Shown here: one piece after another, positions 1 through 10,977 of the stretch
Layout: the number at the start of each line of letters is the position of its first letter
Numbering within the stretch: position 1 is the stretch's first letter
NCBI GenBank assembly: GCA_963663405.2
Contig: CAXXSM010000130.1
Coordinates: 32,001-96,000, forward strand
From: a bacterium
GTDB lineage: Bacteria; Hinthialibacterota; Hinthialibacteria; Hinthialibacterales; Hinthialibacteraceae
DNA length: 64,000 bases
Reading direction: 5' to 3'
Notes under the pieces: model-generated
The model's input: only the letters and a program-made list of their open reading frames with translations
Told to the model about the DNA's origin: nothing
Database searches by the model: none
Made by a program: the position numbers and the translations under genes

Positions 1-577
1 GAACGTCCAAATCCGCGATTGTCTGGGGCCGCGTATACCGGGGGCAATCCAGCAATCCACTGGTGAACGAATCCTGTTCCACAGATCCAAACGAACCCAC
101 TACCCCTGGCACAAGCCGGACGATCGCGTCAACAAGAATCATCGCCGGCAATTCTCCGCCGGTTAGAACGTAATCCCCGATGGAGATCTCATCCGGCTGT
201 AAATACTCAATCGCGCGTTCGTCGATGCCCTTATAATGTCCACAGATCACGATCAAACGTTCTTTGGCGGCCAATTCTTCCGCGATCGATTGATTGAACT
301 GACGCCCCTGCGGCGTGGTCAAGATTAGATGGGAGGAACATTCAGTCTGGGACCGCAGTTCCTCAACCGCTTCGATGAGAGGCTGGGCCAGCATCACCAT
401 CCCATCCGCGCCGCCGTATTGTTCGTCGTCGGTTTTATGGTGACGGTCGTGGGTCCACTCGCGCAGGTTCTGAAGACGGATATCAATCAATCCCGCCTCC
501 CGCGCCCGTTTGATAATGCTCACATCAAACGGCCCCGCGAACATTTCCACGAATGTCGTTAAAATATCAATCCGCAT
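1..577 (-). CDS. trmD: tRNA (guanine-N1)-methyltransferase, 5' part (runs off the window start)
   Basis: Manual translation from ATG at 577: MRIDILTTFVEMF...QYGGADGMVM...ICGHYKGIDER...EISIGDYVLTGGELPAM...LLDCPRYTRP. Lies downstream of rimM. Confidence 0.97.
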   Translation of the reverse strand, partial: MRIDILTTFVEMFAGPFDVSIIKRAREAGLIDIRLQNLREWTHDRHHKTDDEQYGGADGMVMLAQPLIEAVEELRSQTECSSHLILTTPQGRQFNQSIAEELAAKERLIVICGHYKGIDERAIEYLQPDEISIGDYVLTGGELPAMILVDAIVRLVPGVVGSFGSVEQDSFTSGLLDCPRYTRPQTIADLDV

Positions 578-630
578 AGCAATGAATCAAGTTTTGTATC
601 TTGGGGAAACCGGAAGCGTTTGGAAATCGA

Positions 631-1158
631 TCAGATTCCATCAGGGAGATCGACGATAATCAGCGCTTCTTTTTTTCGAACTTCTTTCACATTCTGCCGG
701 TTCGCGGGTAGAAGCCGTTCTTCACCCTGGCTGTTTCGGATAACCAGAACATCACATTCACCCGTTTCAATGATCTGTTCAATCCGTCCCAGATCAGCGC
801 CAGTCACAGTCTGCGCCCGCGAATACAGAAAATCAGACTCGTAATAATAATCGTCTTCCAATTCCGGCAGTTTTTCTTCCTCGATCCAAAGGACGAAACC
901 TTTGAGCGCCTCGGAATCGTCGCGGGTATCGATCGTTTTAAATTTAACAATCGGATTTTTTTCCGATCCCCGGACATATTCTACATCAAGCGTCCGGTCG
1001 TTCTGATCAACATGAACTGTTTCGAATTCCTCAAGCAGAAAAGCATCACAGCCAAACGGCTTGAATTTCACTTCCCCTTTCAAGGAGTGGGGCTTGACAA
1101 TCGCGCCAAGATAAATCCGGCCGGGTTGAAACTGAACTTTTTTCCGTCTAAGCCCCAT
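631..1158 (-). CDS. rimM: 16S rRNA processing protein RimM
   Basis: GAIVKPHSLKGEVK N-terminus, LPELEDDYYY linker, PRC-barrel-like C-terminus; between khpA and trmD. Confidence 0.95.
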   Translation of the reverse strand: MGLRRKKVQFQPGRIYLGAIVKPHSLKGEVKFKPFGCDAFLLEEFETVHVDQNDRTLDVEYVRGSEKNPIVKFKTIDTRDDSEALKGFVLWIEEEKLPELEDDYYYESDFLYSRAQTVTGADLGRIEQIIETGECDVLVIRNSQGEERLLPANRQNVKEVRKKEALIIVDLPDGI

Positions 1159-1183
1159 TGTCTAAACTTTATCCGCTTCGTTC

Positions 1184-1426
1184 TTACTCGTTGACTTCCG
1201 TTATAGCTACATGCGTTCGTTTGTTATCGACGGTTCCTCTCGCTCCAATTAAGAGACGAATGGCGCGCGCGGTTTTGCCGCTGCGGCCGATGATCCGTCC
1301 CATATCATCTTGATTGACCGTCAGTTTGAATTCGATCGTTCCATCTTTTAATTCTTCTTCCTCGACGATCACATCATCAGGATTATTTACCAGCGATTTG
1401 ACCAAATATACCAGCATATCTTTCAT
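1184..1426 (-). CDS. khpA: KH-domain RNA-binding protein KhpA (YlqC/UPF0109)
   Basis: LVNNPDDV...DMGRIIGRSGKTARAIR KH motif; canonical position between rpsP and rimM. Confidence 0.93.
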   Translation of the reverse strand: MKDMLVYLVKSLVNNPDDVIVEEEELKDGTIEFKLTVNQDDMGRIIGRSGKTARAIRLLIGARGTVDNKRTHVAITEVNE

Positions 1427-1617
1427 TTTTTTTCACTCTTTCAAGAAAGACGCCACATACAACACAGCGCGTGAAGAAACTTACAAGAATGGTATCCACC
1501 GCCTTGCTGAATGAGAAAAAGAAAAATTTCCATTCTCCGTCAAGTCAAAAACGGCGACACATTTGCTTATTCATCGAATCGGGCGTCTTCGTGATTGGAT
1601 GTATACAAATCCCGGAA

Positions 1618-2034
1618 TCAACCGTCCGAATTGGATGGTTCAGGAACGGTCGCTTCCAATTCTTCCGTTGGCGCAGATTCCGGCTCATTGCTTGGAGCCG
1701 TTTCCGGCGCATCTACGGAAACCGGCGCCGCCGTAACGGGTTCTTCAGCGGGTTCATCCGTATCATTTTTATACTCGCCGCTTTTGAACTTCCCTAAGAT
1801 CCCTTCCCGTTTTAAAAGAGAACGCGCCGTCTCTGACATCCGGGCGCCCTGTTCCAACCAATGATAGATTGATTCCTCTTTAAATGACTTTTCGGCGGGT
1901 TGCTTTACAGGATCGTACCAGCCTAGATCCTCGATCGACTTTCCATCACGTGGCCAGCGGGAATCCTGAACGACCAGCCGGTAAAACGGACGATTCCGGT
2001 TACCCATTCTTTTCATACGAATCTTTAAAGACAT
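1618..2034 (-). CDS. rpsP: 30S ribosomal protein S16 with acidic Pro/Glu-rich C-terminal extension
   Basis: MSLKIRMKRMGNRNRPFYRLVVQDSRWPRDGKSIEDLGWYDP; start moved to the ATG at 2034. Confidence 0.97.
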   Translation of the reverse strand: MSLKIRMKRMGNRNRPFYRLVVQDSRWPRDGKSIEDLGWYDPVKQPAEKSFKEESIYHWLEQGARMSETARSLLKREGILGKFKSGEYKNDTDEPAEEPVTAAPVSVDAPETAPSNEPESAPTEELEATVPEPSNSDG

Positions 2035-2167
2035 CAAAACCTCCAAATCTAGAAAAATGTTTATCTGTAAAAGGCGTACAGTTAATTATATTCAGAAACA
2101 CTTATGAAACAAAAACCTTACATATTAACCTTCAGTCTTCAACCTTCAGCCTAATCAACCTAAAAAA

Positions 2168-3562
2168 CTATCCTCCCATGCCGGGAAACATGTTCTGCAT
2201 TTTCATCATTTTTTTCATCATTTTTTTCGACATTTTTGGGGCTTTCCCACGCCGTTTCTTTTTCCCCTTGGCTGCGGCGCCGGCCAGCATTCCCATCATT
2301 TGCTTAGTTTCCGCGAACTGTTTAAGGAGACGGTTCACCTCTTGGACTGTCGTGCCGCTCCCTTTGGCGATACGCCGTTTACGACTGCCTGTGATGATAT
2401 GAGGCATAACCCGCTCATTCCCCGTCATGGAGAGGATTATCGCCTCGACATATTTCATTTCGTCTTCACTCAGATTGACATCCTTCATCATATCCCCGCC
2501 CATGCCCGGCAGCATGGACATCAGATCGCCGATCCCCCCCATGCGTTTGACATTCCGGATCTGACCGAGAAAATCATCCAGCGTGAAGGTCTGGTCGAGG
2601 ATCTTTTTCTGCAGATCCAACGCCTGTTCTTCATCAATCGTGGCTTTGGCTTTTTCAATGAGGGTCAGCACATCCCCCATGCCAAGGATGCGGGACGCCA
2701 TCCGGTCGGGATAGAAGAGATCGAGATCGTCGATTTTTTCCCCGGCGCCGGCGTATAGAATCGGTTTGCCCGTTACATGACAGATCGAAAGCGCAGCGCC
2801 GCCCCGTGTATCACTATCGAGTTTCGTGATAATCGTTCCGGTTACATTGAGGCCGTCATCGAAGTGCTTCGCCTGATTGACCGCGTCCTGCCCGACCATC
2901 GAGTCAACGACGAGGATGATATGGGTGGGTTTCCAATATCTCTTAACACGCTGGACCTCCTCCATCATCTCATCATCGATGTGAAGACGTCCCGCCGTAT
3001 CAAGGATAACCGTATCAAGCCCCTCTCGCCGCGCATGTTTTGAACCTTGTTTGGCGATTTTTGAAGGATCCACATCGGTTCCCATTTCAAACACGGGAAT
3101 CCCGGCGCGTTCGCCTGACACTTTCAACTGTTCAATCGCCGCTGGACGGTAGATGTCGCCTGCGCAGAGGAGCGGTTTCCGTCCGCCATCCTTCAATTTT
3201 TTCGCCAATTTGGCCGCCGTGGTGGTTTTACCTGAACCTTGCAGACCCACGAGCATGATCCGGGCCTCGCCCGCCGGCATTTCCAAAGGCGCGGCTTTTC
3301 CCCCCAGCAGTTCGATCATGGTTTCATTAACGATTTTGATCGTCTGCTGACCAGGGGAGAGGTTTTTCATCACCTCTTCGCCCAGGGCGCGTTTCTCCAG
3401 TTTCGAACAGAATTCCTTGGTGGCCTGAATATTGACATCGGCTTCAAGAAACGCCCGGCGGACTTCCCGCAACGTCTCTTTGATATCCTTTTCACTCAGG
3501 CGGCCTTTCCCTGTTAATCGGCGGAAAATATCTTGAAAACGGCCCGTTAGATTTTCAAACAT
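2168..3562 (-). CDS. ffh: Signal recognition particle protein Ffh
   Basis: GLQGSGKTT, DIYRPAA, DTAGR and TKLD motifs, Met-rich M domain; start MFENL at 3562. Confidence 0.98.
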   Translation of the reverse strand: MFENLTGRFQDIFRRLTGKGRLSEKDIKETLREVRRAFLEADVNIQATKEFCSKLEKRALGEEVMKNLSPGQQTIKIVNETMIELLGGKAAPLEMPAGEARIMLVGLQGSGKTTTAAKLAKKLKDGGRKPLLCAGDIYRPAAIEQLKVSGERAGIPVFEMGTDVDPSKIAKQGSKHARREGLDTVILDTAGRLHIDDEMMEEVQRVKRYWKPTHIILVVDSMVGQDAVNQAKHFDDGLNVTGTIITKLDSDTRGGAALSICHVTGKPILYAGAGEKIDDLDLFYPDRMASRILGMGDVLTLIEKAKATIDEEQALDLQKKILDQTFTLDDFLGQIRNVKRMGGIGDLMSMLPGMGGDMMKDVNLSEDEMKYVEAIILSMTGNERVMPHIITGSRKRRIAKGSGTTVQEVNRLLKQFAETKQMMGMLAGAAAKGKKKRRGKAPKMSKKMMKKMMKMQNMFPGMGG

Positions 3563-3581
3563 AATATAAATTCCAATGCGT

Positions 3582-4001
3582 TTACTTCGATTCCCCCAAA
3601 CCAACCACTTGTTCCAGCCGTTTGAGCTTCCGTTTTAGAGGATTTGTATCGAAAAGCATATCGTCTTTCAGCATCTTCGACATTTCCACGACCAGTGTTT
3701 TCACTTCATCCCAATTCGGCGCTTCAGTGGATGTGTCATCCTCTTTTTTTTGTTGTTTCTTGGCCGCAGGCAACCGTTCGGTTAATCGCAATTCTTCTTC
3801 AATGCGGATCAATGTTTTCCGGCCATGCTGGATGGCGTCATGGACTGCCTGCCTGGAGATGGATTCTCCGTCCGCGATCTCCCCATACGAAAGATCCTCC
3901 CGGTAATGGAGAGCCATCAACTCTCTCTGCCGGTCCGTGAGCAGACCGTCATATAGATCCATCAAAACGGCGATTCTCTGTTTTTCTTCAAAACTTTCCA
4001 T
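3582..4001 (-). CDS. ylxM: YlxM-family HTH protein
   Basis: LMDLYDGLLTDRQ...YREDLSYGEIA...ISRQAVHD; immediately upstream of ffh. Confidence 0.88.
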   Translation of the reverse strand: MESFEEKQRIAVLMDLYDGLLTDRQRELMALHYREDLSYGEIADGESISRQAVHDAIQHGRKTLIRIEEELRLTERLPAAKKQQKKEDDTSTEAPNWDEVKTLVVEMSKMLKDDMLFDTNPLKRKLKRLEQVVGLGESK

Positions 4002-4208
4002 TCGCGCGCCTTGGATAAAGTAAAGGAAATTGTCTTGACATTTGATAATTTATATCTTCTTTTTTTCTTTTGTCAAGTCAATTCACGTTGTTCCAGTCCG
4101 AATTATCCATCGCTTTCAAATCCCTGGATCAGCGCTGCCCGATCTGTTCAGATCTTGATTCAGATAAGGACTTCATTCTATTGGTTTGCCTAACATCAGT
4201 AAACTAAC

Positions 4209-4241
4209 AAAAAAAAGGGCGGCAAAAAAACTTACCGCCCC
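4209..4241 (-). terminator. Rho-independent terminator after the LamG gene
   Basis: Minus strand gggcggtaag...ttgccgccc followed by a T run. Confidence 0.7.
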
Positions 4242-4275
4242 ATCTTTCGCTATTGGTGAGACTCTCAATTTCACA

Positions 4276-5019
4276 TCAATATAATGACCATGAATCTATG
4301 CCGGTAATAATAGGAGGCGTAGCGAGTTCTTGCATTTCACTTTCCGATAAGGCGTGATTGTAGATACGCACATCATCTTTAAAACCAAGCCATTCCCTTT
4401 GAATATCACCACCATTGTTCCAGGCGCCAATCACTGGATTCAGCGACAAATCAAAGAATGGAAGCCCTTCAAGAACTTCCCGGCTTCCTTCCATGACTCC
4501 ATCATAATAGACGGCAAGCAAGGTCGCCGAAGCGGTGAATGCGATATGATGCCACTCACCTTCCGGCATAACTGTTGTGCCTACCACATCAGGAGAAGCC
4601 CCATTGATCCCCACATTCATCAGGCCATTGTTGAGCTTAATATGAACGCCGCCGGTATCCCAGTCGGTGTTAAGGCCGCCTGTAAATTGAATACCGCTGA
4701 CATCTTGACTGGAATAAACCCACATCGCGACCGTGATTTCCTCAAGAAGGTCAAGGCCCTTGTCGATCAAATCTTGGCTGTTAATTGTGACGATGTCGTC
4801 ATCTCCATCCAAAGACAGGACATTGCTGTTTCTAGCCGCGTCAAACACAATACTCGCGTCACCTTGAGGCGTTCCGTGAATACCGTTTCCACTGCTGTCT
4901 TCGAAATTCCCTTCAAACTCGTAGCTCACTATTAGATCCGCGGCGGCGCCATTCGCCAGAACGAAAACCAAAGCAAACGCTGCAACAACGGTCAAGTATC
5001 GATAATTACTCATAAACAT
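4276..5019 (-). CDS. Secreted LamG/concanavalin-like (Laminin_G_3) protein with C-terminal W motif
   Basis: Signal peptide, YEFEGNFEDSSGNG, LSLDGDDD, WHHIAFT, DDVRIYNHALS; ends ITGIDSWSLY. Confidence 0.88.
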   Translation of the reverse strand: MFMSNYRYLTVVAAFALVFVLANGAAADLIVSYEFEGNFEDSSGNGIHGTPQGDASIVFDAARNSNVLSLDGDDDIVTINSQDLIDKGLDLLEEITVAMWVYSSQDVSGIQFTGGLNTDWDTGGVHIKLNNGLMNVGINGASPDVVGTTVMPEGEWHHIAFTASATLLAVYYDGVMEGSREVLEGLPFFDLSLNPVIGAWNNGGDIQREWLGFKDDVRIYNHALSESEMQELATPPIITGIDSWSLY

Positions 5020-5312
5020 GTCATCCTTTCTCCCATTAGTAATTCAATTTTTTTGTTTCATTGAAATAAACTGCTTTCGTCTTCTGATATTTTTTATCGA
5101 AACTTCTATCTATCCCCCTTTCAATTGTTGGAATGAAATTATGAGAAAATTACTATACTCAGTGATTCATTTTGGAATGTCAAGATCGTCTCAGGTTTTC
5201 GTGTTAAAATTGGAATTTATTTCAGTGGTTGGCTGCTGGGGGGGGGGGATTCGCGGTGTCCTTCCGATCGCTTTTGCTCCGGATTCACTCATCGCAAAAA
5301 AAAACGTTAAAG

Positions 5313-5339
5313 AAAAAAGGCGCCCTCAAGGGACGCCTG
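5313..5339 (-). terminator. Rho-independent terminator after fabF
   Basis: Minus strand aggcgtccc-ttga-gggcgcc followed by tttttt. Confidence 0.75.
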
Positions 5340-5367
5340 TGTATGCCAATTTCTTCATCTGTTGGTT

Positions 5368-6606
5368 TCATTCAAACCGGCGCGCAACGAGAACGGCGTT
5401 GTGACCGCCGAATCCGAAGGAATTACTCATGGCTACTTTAACCGGTTTCTCACGCGCTGTGTTCGGCACGTAATCGAGATCACATTCCGGATCGGGTGTT
5501 TCGTAATTAATCGTGGGGGGAATGATCCCATGTTTCAAGACCATCACGATCGTGGCGAATTCCACTGCTCCCGCCGCGCCCAAGAGATGCCCTGTCATCG
5601 ATTTCGTTGAACTGACGGGGATCGAGTCCGCGTTGGAGTTAAATAGAATTCGAATCGCCTGGGATTCGTTTTTATCATTGTATTCGGTCGAGGTGCCATG
5701 CGCGTTGATGTAATCCACCTCATCCTTCGCAATCCCTGCGTCTTTCATCGCCAAGTTCATCGCTTCCTGCGCGCCGCGGCCTTCCGGAGCGGGCATGGTC
5801 ATATGAAACGCGTCAGCGCTCATACCGTAACCCACCAGTTCCGCGTAGATCTCCGCGCCGCGTTTTTTGGCGTGTTCCAGTTCTTCGAGAATGATGATCC
5901 CTGAGCCTTCGCCCATGACAAATCCATCGCGGGTTTTGTCGAAGGGACGGCTGCAGGATTCCGGTTCATCATTCCGGGTGGAGAGCGCTTTCATGGCGCA
6001 GAAACCACCAACGCCAAGGGGTGTGATCGACGCTTCGGTCCCACCCGTGATCATGATATCCGCTTCATCGCGTTGGATGATCCTAAACGCGTCTCCAATG
6101 GCATGATTCCCCGTCGCGCAGGCGGTTGTTACCGAGGTGTTGGGGCCACGGAATCCATACCGCATGGAAACCATCCCCGATCCCATATTGATAATTAACA
6201 TCGGAATCAAGAAGGGGCTGATCCGCCGGGGGCCCTTGGCGTCCAACACTTCTTTCTGCGATTCGACACTATGCAATCCGCCAATACCGGATCCAATGAC
6301 GACACCCGCGCGATCCAAATCCAGCTGGTTTAGATCCAGTCCAGCGTGTTTGACGGCCATATCAGACGCGCAGACCGCATATTGGACAAAGGGATCCATC
6401 CGCCGCAGTTCTTTCGCGTCGATGAATTCGCCGGGATCGAAGTCTTTCAACTCCGCCGCTACTTTGGATGAAAATTTTTCCGTGTCAAACTGGGTGTTCA
6501 GGCCGGTGCCTGAACGGCCTTCTGTTAAAGAGTTCCAAAACGCCTCCAAGGTGTTACCCACCGGCGACAGAACTCCCATTCCAGTGACTACTACTCGTCG
6601 TGACAT
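5368..6606 (-). CDS. fabF: 3-oxoacyl-ACP synthase II
   Basis: [25 protein letters not shown] and [10 protein letters not shown] motifs. Confidence 0.97.
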   Translation of the reverse strand: MSRRVVVTGMGVLSPVGNTLEAFWNSLTEGRSGTGLNTQFDTEKFSSKVAAELKDFDPGEFIDAKELRRMDPFVQYAVCASDMAVKHAGLDLNQLDLDRAGVVIGSGIGGLHSVESQKEVLDAKGPRRISPFLIPMLIINMGSGMVSMRYGFRGPNTSVTTACATGNHAIGDAFRIIQRDEADIMITGGTEASITPLGVGGFCAMKALSTRNDEPESCSRPFDKTRDGFVMGEGSGIIILEELEHAKKRGAEIYAELVGYGMSADAFHMTMPAPEGRGAQEAMNLAMKDAGIAKDEVDYINAHGTSTEYNDKNESQAIRILFNSNADSIPVSSTKSMTGHLLGAAGAVEFATIVMVLKHGIIPPTINYETPDPECDLDYVPNTAREKPVKVAMSNSFGFGGHNAVLVARRFE

Positions 6607-6636
6607 AATCGATTTCTCGCTCCAATAGGATCGGGG

Positions 6637-6882
6637 TTATCCGGAAACTTTACCCTTGATGTATTCAATCGCGTCACCAACGGTTTTGATCTGTTCCGCT
6701 TCTTCTTCGGGAATTTCATCAATTTCGAAACTCTCCTCAAATTCCATCACCAATTCCACCGTATCCAGGGAATCCGCCCCTAGATCGCGGGTGAAGGACT
6801 TATCGGGAGTAATTTCGCCTTTGTCCACTTTCAGTTTCTCTGCGATGATATCGATGACTTTTTCTTCAATGTTTTCACTCAC
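6637..6882 (-). CDS. acpP: Acyl carrier protein
   Basis: [18 protein letters not shown] phosphopantetheine site. Confidence 0.98.
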   Translation of the reverse strand: MSENIEEKVIDIIAEKLKVDKGEITPDKSFTRDLGADSLDTVELVMEFEESFEIDEIPEEEAEQIKTVGDAIEYIKGKVSG

Positions 6883-7134
6883 GGGAAGTGACCTCCTGTT
6901 TTTCGAATTTCATATGGATGTCCGTCCGCAGCCGCTGGAACAATCCAACGCCGGAGAACGGGATGTTTGTCTATTGAATAATCCTAGCCAATATTCTTGA
7001 AAATTCAGGGTACTACATATGAATTAAAGGCGCGAGAGAATTCTGCGTGAGAATTTCGCTTCTTAGCCTTGAATCTAACATAATTCTAAAAAAAACAGCC
7101 CCGGCAGGTAAGCGCTCCGGCGCGTTTTCGATCA

Positions 7135-7881
7135 TTACATCACCAAACCACCGTCGACCTGAATCACCTGACCGGTGATATAGGACGCTTCATCAGACGC
7201 TAAAAAACCGATCGCCGCAGCGACTTCTTCCGGCAGTCCATACCGGCCGAGAGGAATCGCTTTACGCATGGCTTCTTTAACGTCGTCTTTCAATTCCGCC
7301 GTCATCCGGGTTTCGATAAAGCCAGGGGCGACCGCGTTCACGGTCACGCCGCGCGAGGCCAACTCTTTGGCCAGCGTCTTGGTTAAACCGATCACTCCGG
7401 CTTTCGTCGCGGAATAATTGGCTTGTCCTGGATTACCCATGATCCCGACAACGGAAGCTAAATTGATGATCCGTCCGCTGCGGGCGCGCATCATCCGCTT
7501 CGCCGCCGCGCGGGCCATGAAAAAGACCCCCGTTAAATTCACGCGCAGCACGGAGTCCCAGTCTTCATCCTTCATACGGACTGCGAGGGCGTCCCGTGTA
7601 ATTCCCGCGTTATTGACCAATATATCAATCGTTTCAAACCGGTCTACACAATCCGCGATTACTTGTTCAGCGTTGGCGGAAACAGAAATATCCGCCGCCG
7701 CGCCCACGGCTTCAATGCCCCGGCTGGTCAGTTCCTGTTCGGTGTTCTTTGTCGTCTCTTCATCGATATCCACAAAGAAAATCTTCGCGCCCTGACCGGC
7801 GAGATACTCCACAGTGGATAGACCAATACCTCGCGCGCCGCCGGTAACGAGCGCGACTTTTTTATCAAGACGAAACGCCAT
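7135..7881 (-). CDS. fabG: 3-oxoacyl-ACP reductase
   Basis: TGGARGIG, NNAGITRD, GNPGQANYSATK; fab operon context. Confidence 0.97.
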   Translation of the reverse strand: MAFRLDKKVALVTGGARGIGLSTVEYLAGQGAKIFFVDIDEETTKNTEQELTSRGIEAVGAAADISVSANAEQVIADCVDRFETIDILVNNAGITRDALAVRMKDEDWDSVLRVNLTGVFFMARAAAKRMMRARSGRIINLASVVGIMGNPGQANYSATKAGVIGLTKTLAKELASRGVTVNAVAPGFIETRMTAELKDDVKEAMRKAIPLGRYGLPEEVAAAIGFLASDEASYITGQVIQVDGGLVM

Positions 7882-8794
7882 AATGTTCTTTCACCTTCCC
7901 GATCTCTTCCAATGTTCCTGTTGTCATGCACGAGATCGAATCACAACAGGCTTTGACTAAACCTTGCAGCACTTTTCCGGGTCCCACTTCGATGGCGCTT
8001 TCGCATTCACGATCAATCAGCGCCATCGACTCACTCCAGCGCACCGGTTCGCAGAACTGCTTCACCAGCTGGCTTCGAATGGCTACCGCGCTGGTCTCCA
8101 TCCGGGCGGTGTTGTTTGATATGAAGGGAATCTCCGTATCCCGGATCTCTACGCCGCTTATAAATTCCTCAAACGAACGTTGCGCTTCCGTCATCAAGGG
8201 GGAATGGAAAGCGCCGCTGACCGGCAGGCGGATTACCCGCCTTGCGCCGCGTTCCTTCAAGACCGGCATGACCGATTCCACAGCCTCCGCTTCTCCGGAA
8301 ATGACCGTTTGTTTGCTTGAATTGTAGTTGGCCACGACGGCTTTGCCGCCTGTATGACCGGCGCAGGTCTCTGCGATCAATTCCGGCGCGAGATTCAAAA
8401 CCGCCGCCATCGCTCCCGGCGCCGCTTTTTCGTGCATCAACCGGGCGCGTTCGGCGATTACGCGGAGTCCCGTCGCGAAATCCCACGCGCCCGCCGCTGT
8501 CAACGCGGCGTATTCTCCAGCGCTGTGACCCGCCACCAACGTTGGTTTCAAACCATCCGCCGCCAATATTTCCGCCACTACGCAACTTAGGGTATAGATA
8601 CAAGGCTGCGTGTATAATGTTACATCTAATGAAGATGCTCCTTCCGGGCGCGACTTCTCATCCACCGGCCATCCAAGAATGGATTCGGCCTCTTCGTATC
8701 GTTCCCGGGCCTGGGGGACAGCCTCAATGAGATCCAATCCCATCCCCTTGCTTTGGGAACCTTGTCCGGGAAATAAAAAAGCGAATTTACTCAT
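7865..8794 (-). CDS. fabD: Malonyl-CoA:ACP transacylase
   Basis: FPGQGSQ, GHSAGEY, VSGAFHSPLM. Confidence 0.97.
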   Translation of the reverse strand: MSKFAFLFPGQGSQSKGMGLDLIEAVPQARERYEEAESILGWPVDEKSRPEGASSLDVTLYTQPCIYTLSCVVAEILAADGLKPTLVAGHSAGEYAALTAAGAWDFATGLRVIAERARLMHEKAAPGAMAAVLNLAPELIAETCAGHTGGKAVVANYNSSKQTVISGEAEAVESVMPVLKERGARRVIRLPVSGAFHSPLMTEAQRSFEEFISGVEIRDTEIPFISNNTARMETSAVAIRSQLVKQFCEPVRWSESMALIDRECESAIEVGPGKVLQGLVKACCDSISCMTTGTLEEIGKVKEHYGVSS

Positions 8795-8832
8795 TTAATT
8801 CCGATCTTTTTAATCCGTTGTGGAACGTATTT

Positions 8833-9813
8833 TTAAAACTGAACGGCGCAGGCTCCCCATGTCATTCCCCCGCCAAAGGCCACAAACACGGCGAGATCCC
8901 CCTCTTGCAGCCGTTTCTCTTCCATTGCTTCATGAAGCGCCATGGGAATGGTCGCCGCTGACGTGTTTCCATATTTTTGTAAGTTGACGTAAAACAAGTC
9001 CATCGGCAGCCGCAGCCGCTGAGCGACGGCTTCAATGATTCGTATATTGGCTTGATGTGGAATCAGCAGTTTAACATCGTCTTTTTCCAGGCCGCATTGT
9101 TTCAAGACATCTTTACAGGCTTGGCTCATCGACCGGACGGCGTTTTTAAAAATATCGCGTCCGTTCATGTAAATATAGTGCTGTTTATCTTGGATCGCCT
9201 GTTCGGTGATCGGTACTTTAGATCCCCCACAGCGTTGACAAAGCAGCTCAGCGATGCTGCCATCGGCGCCAAGCACGCTCCCAAGAATGCCCTTTTCCGA
9301 ATCGTTGGATTGAATCACAACCGCCCCCGCGCCATCACCAAATAAGACACAGGTGTTACGGTCGGTCCAATCAACGACTTTCGCCAGGCAGTCTACGCCG
9401 ACCAATAGAATATTCTTGTACATGCCCGATTCGACATACGCTTGGGCGACGGATAACCCATAGATGAATCCCGAACAGGCGGCGGAGAGATCGACCGCCA
9501 TGATGTTTTTGATTCCAAGTTTGTTTTGGAGAATACAGGCCGTCGCAGGCCAGGCGTAATCGGAGGAGATCGTCGCCACCAGAATGGCGTCCAGATCACT
9601 AGCTTCAATCCCCGCATTTTCCAGCGCTTGCTGGGAGGCGGTCAAAGCGAGATCAGACGCGGCGGTGTTTTCATCCGTCAACCGGCGTTCGACGATACCC
9701 GTCCTCTCTCGAATCCATTCATCTGATGTGTCAACGATTTTTTCTAAATCAAAGTTTGTTAAAACTCGATCCGGCACAGCCATGCCTGTCGAGATAATTT
9801 TCGCTCTCGCCAC
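8833..9813 (-). CDS. fabH: 3-oxoacyl-ACP synthase III
   Basis: AACSGF, PHQANIRI, GNTSAATIP. Confidence 0.97.
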   Translation of the reverse strand: MARAKIISTGMAVPDRVLTNFDLEKIVDTSDEWIRERTGIVERRLTDENTAASDLALTASQQALENAGIEASDLDAILVATISSDYAWPATACILQNKLGIKNIMAVDLSAACSGFIYGLSVAQAYVESGMYKNILLVGVDCLAKVVDWTDRNTCVLFGDGAGAVVIQSNDSEKGILGSVLGADGSIAELLCQRCGGSKVPITEQAIQDKQHYIYMNGRDIFKNAVRSMSQACKDVLKQCGLEKDDVKLLIPHQANIRIIEAVAQRLRLPMDLFYVNLQKYGNTSAATIPMALHEAMEEKRLQEGDLAVFVAFGGGMTWGACAVQF

Positions 9814-9968
9814 AGAACCACCTCAATAGATTTTTTATACTAAAACAGCCAATACTCGAAACTTAACGCTTGTACCTATTGATATAGGTGTTGATTGGCT
9901 TGCCATATACTGTATACAGGTAAGTTTCGTCTTGCAGGGCTTTTTTACCGCTGAATCGTTCTAGCAAG

Positions 9969-10958
9969 TTACGCTGTTACAGCGGCGGATTCCAACGCTG
10001 CTTTAATTTCATCCAGAGGGCATTTTTCCGCCGCTTCGCAGGCCGCCTTGATACCATTGGCGATCGCCCGCGGCCCAGACCGGCCATGGCCGATCAGACA
10101 ATGCCCATTCACACCCAATAACAGAGCGCCGCCATACGCGGTATAATCGACGCGCGTCATGGTTTCTTGGAAAAATTCCATACGGTGCTCTTGGTCGACG
10201 TCTTTCGCCAGTACTTCATCCGATTCGGCTTTCAGCGCGCGGGAGAACATGGCGACCAATCCTTCGCCGAATTTCAAAATAACGTTGCCGATGAATCCAT
10301 CGCAAACGGCCACATCCACCGTCCCCCGCATGATATCGCCCCCTTCTACATTGCCGATGTAATTAATGGGGGCGTTTTTAAGCAACTTCGCCGCCGCGAA
10401 GGTCAGTTCGTTGCCTTTGGAGTCTTCTTCACCGATGGATAAGAGTCCCACACGGGGATTGGTTTTATTGAACACTTGCCGGCAATAGACATTTCCCATT
10501 ATGGCAAAGTCGAGGAGATGGTTGGGTTTGCAATCCACCGTCGCGCCCACGTCCAGTAACAGACTGTATCCATCAAGCGTGGGCATGGGCGCCACGATCC
10601 CCGGCCTGGAGACATGCGCCAACCGTCCTAAAACAAATAATGCGAATGCGACGGTCGCGCCGGAATTTCCCATGGAAATAAGCGCGTCCGCCTTTCCTTC
10701 CTTCACCAGAGCGGTTGCAATGGCGATGGATGAGTCTTGACGGGTTTTCAACGCGGTGGAGGGCGCCTCATGCATGCCGACAACGGTTGGCGCGTGAACG
10801 ATCCGCACCGGCAGATCCGCGCAGGGATCCGCCAACCGGGCCTCATCCCCGACGAGAATGACTTCCGCGTTGTTATTTTTTTGTAGAAAACGACGAACTC
10901 CCTCCACAAAATCATCTGGAGTCCGGTCGCCTCCCATCGCATCCACCGCGATTCTCAT
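9969..10958 (-). CDS. plsX: Phosphate acyltransferase PlsX
   Basis: IAVDAMGGD, LLDVGATVD, VCDGFIGNVILK, GHGRS. Confidence 0.97.
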   Translation of the reverse strand: MRIAVDAMGGDRTPDDFVEGVRRFLQKNNNAEVILVGDEARLADPCADLPVRIVHAPTVVGMHEAPSTALKTRQDSSIAIATALVKEGKADALISMGNSGATVAFALFVLGRLAHVSRPGIVAPMPTLDGYSLLLDVGATVDCKPNHLLDFAIMGNVYCRQVFNKTNPRVGLLSIGEEDSKGNELTFAAAKLLKNAPINYIGNVEGGDIMRGTVDVAVCDGFIGNVILKFGEGLVAMFSRALKAESDEVLAKDVDQEHRMEFFQETMTRVDYTAYGGALLLGVNGHCLIGHGRSGPRAIANGIKAACEAAEKCPLDEIKAALESAAVTA

Positions 10959-10977
10959 AACGATTATCCTTCTTTAT

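Noticed and set aside
2127-2161. Short 7-nt-periodic repeat (aaccttc agtcttc aaccttc) after ffh
   Set aside because: Too short and degenerate, with no matching partner in the window.
5238-5248. G11 tract as a phase-variable promoter element
   Set aside because: It is intergenic, about 220 nt from the LamG start, with no promoter elements I can tie to it. Homopolymer lengths are unreliable in this assembly.
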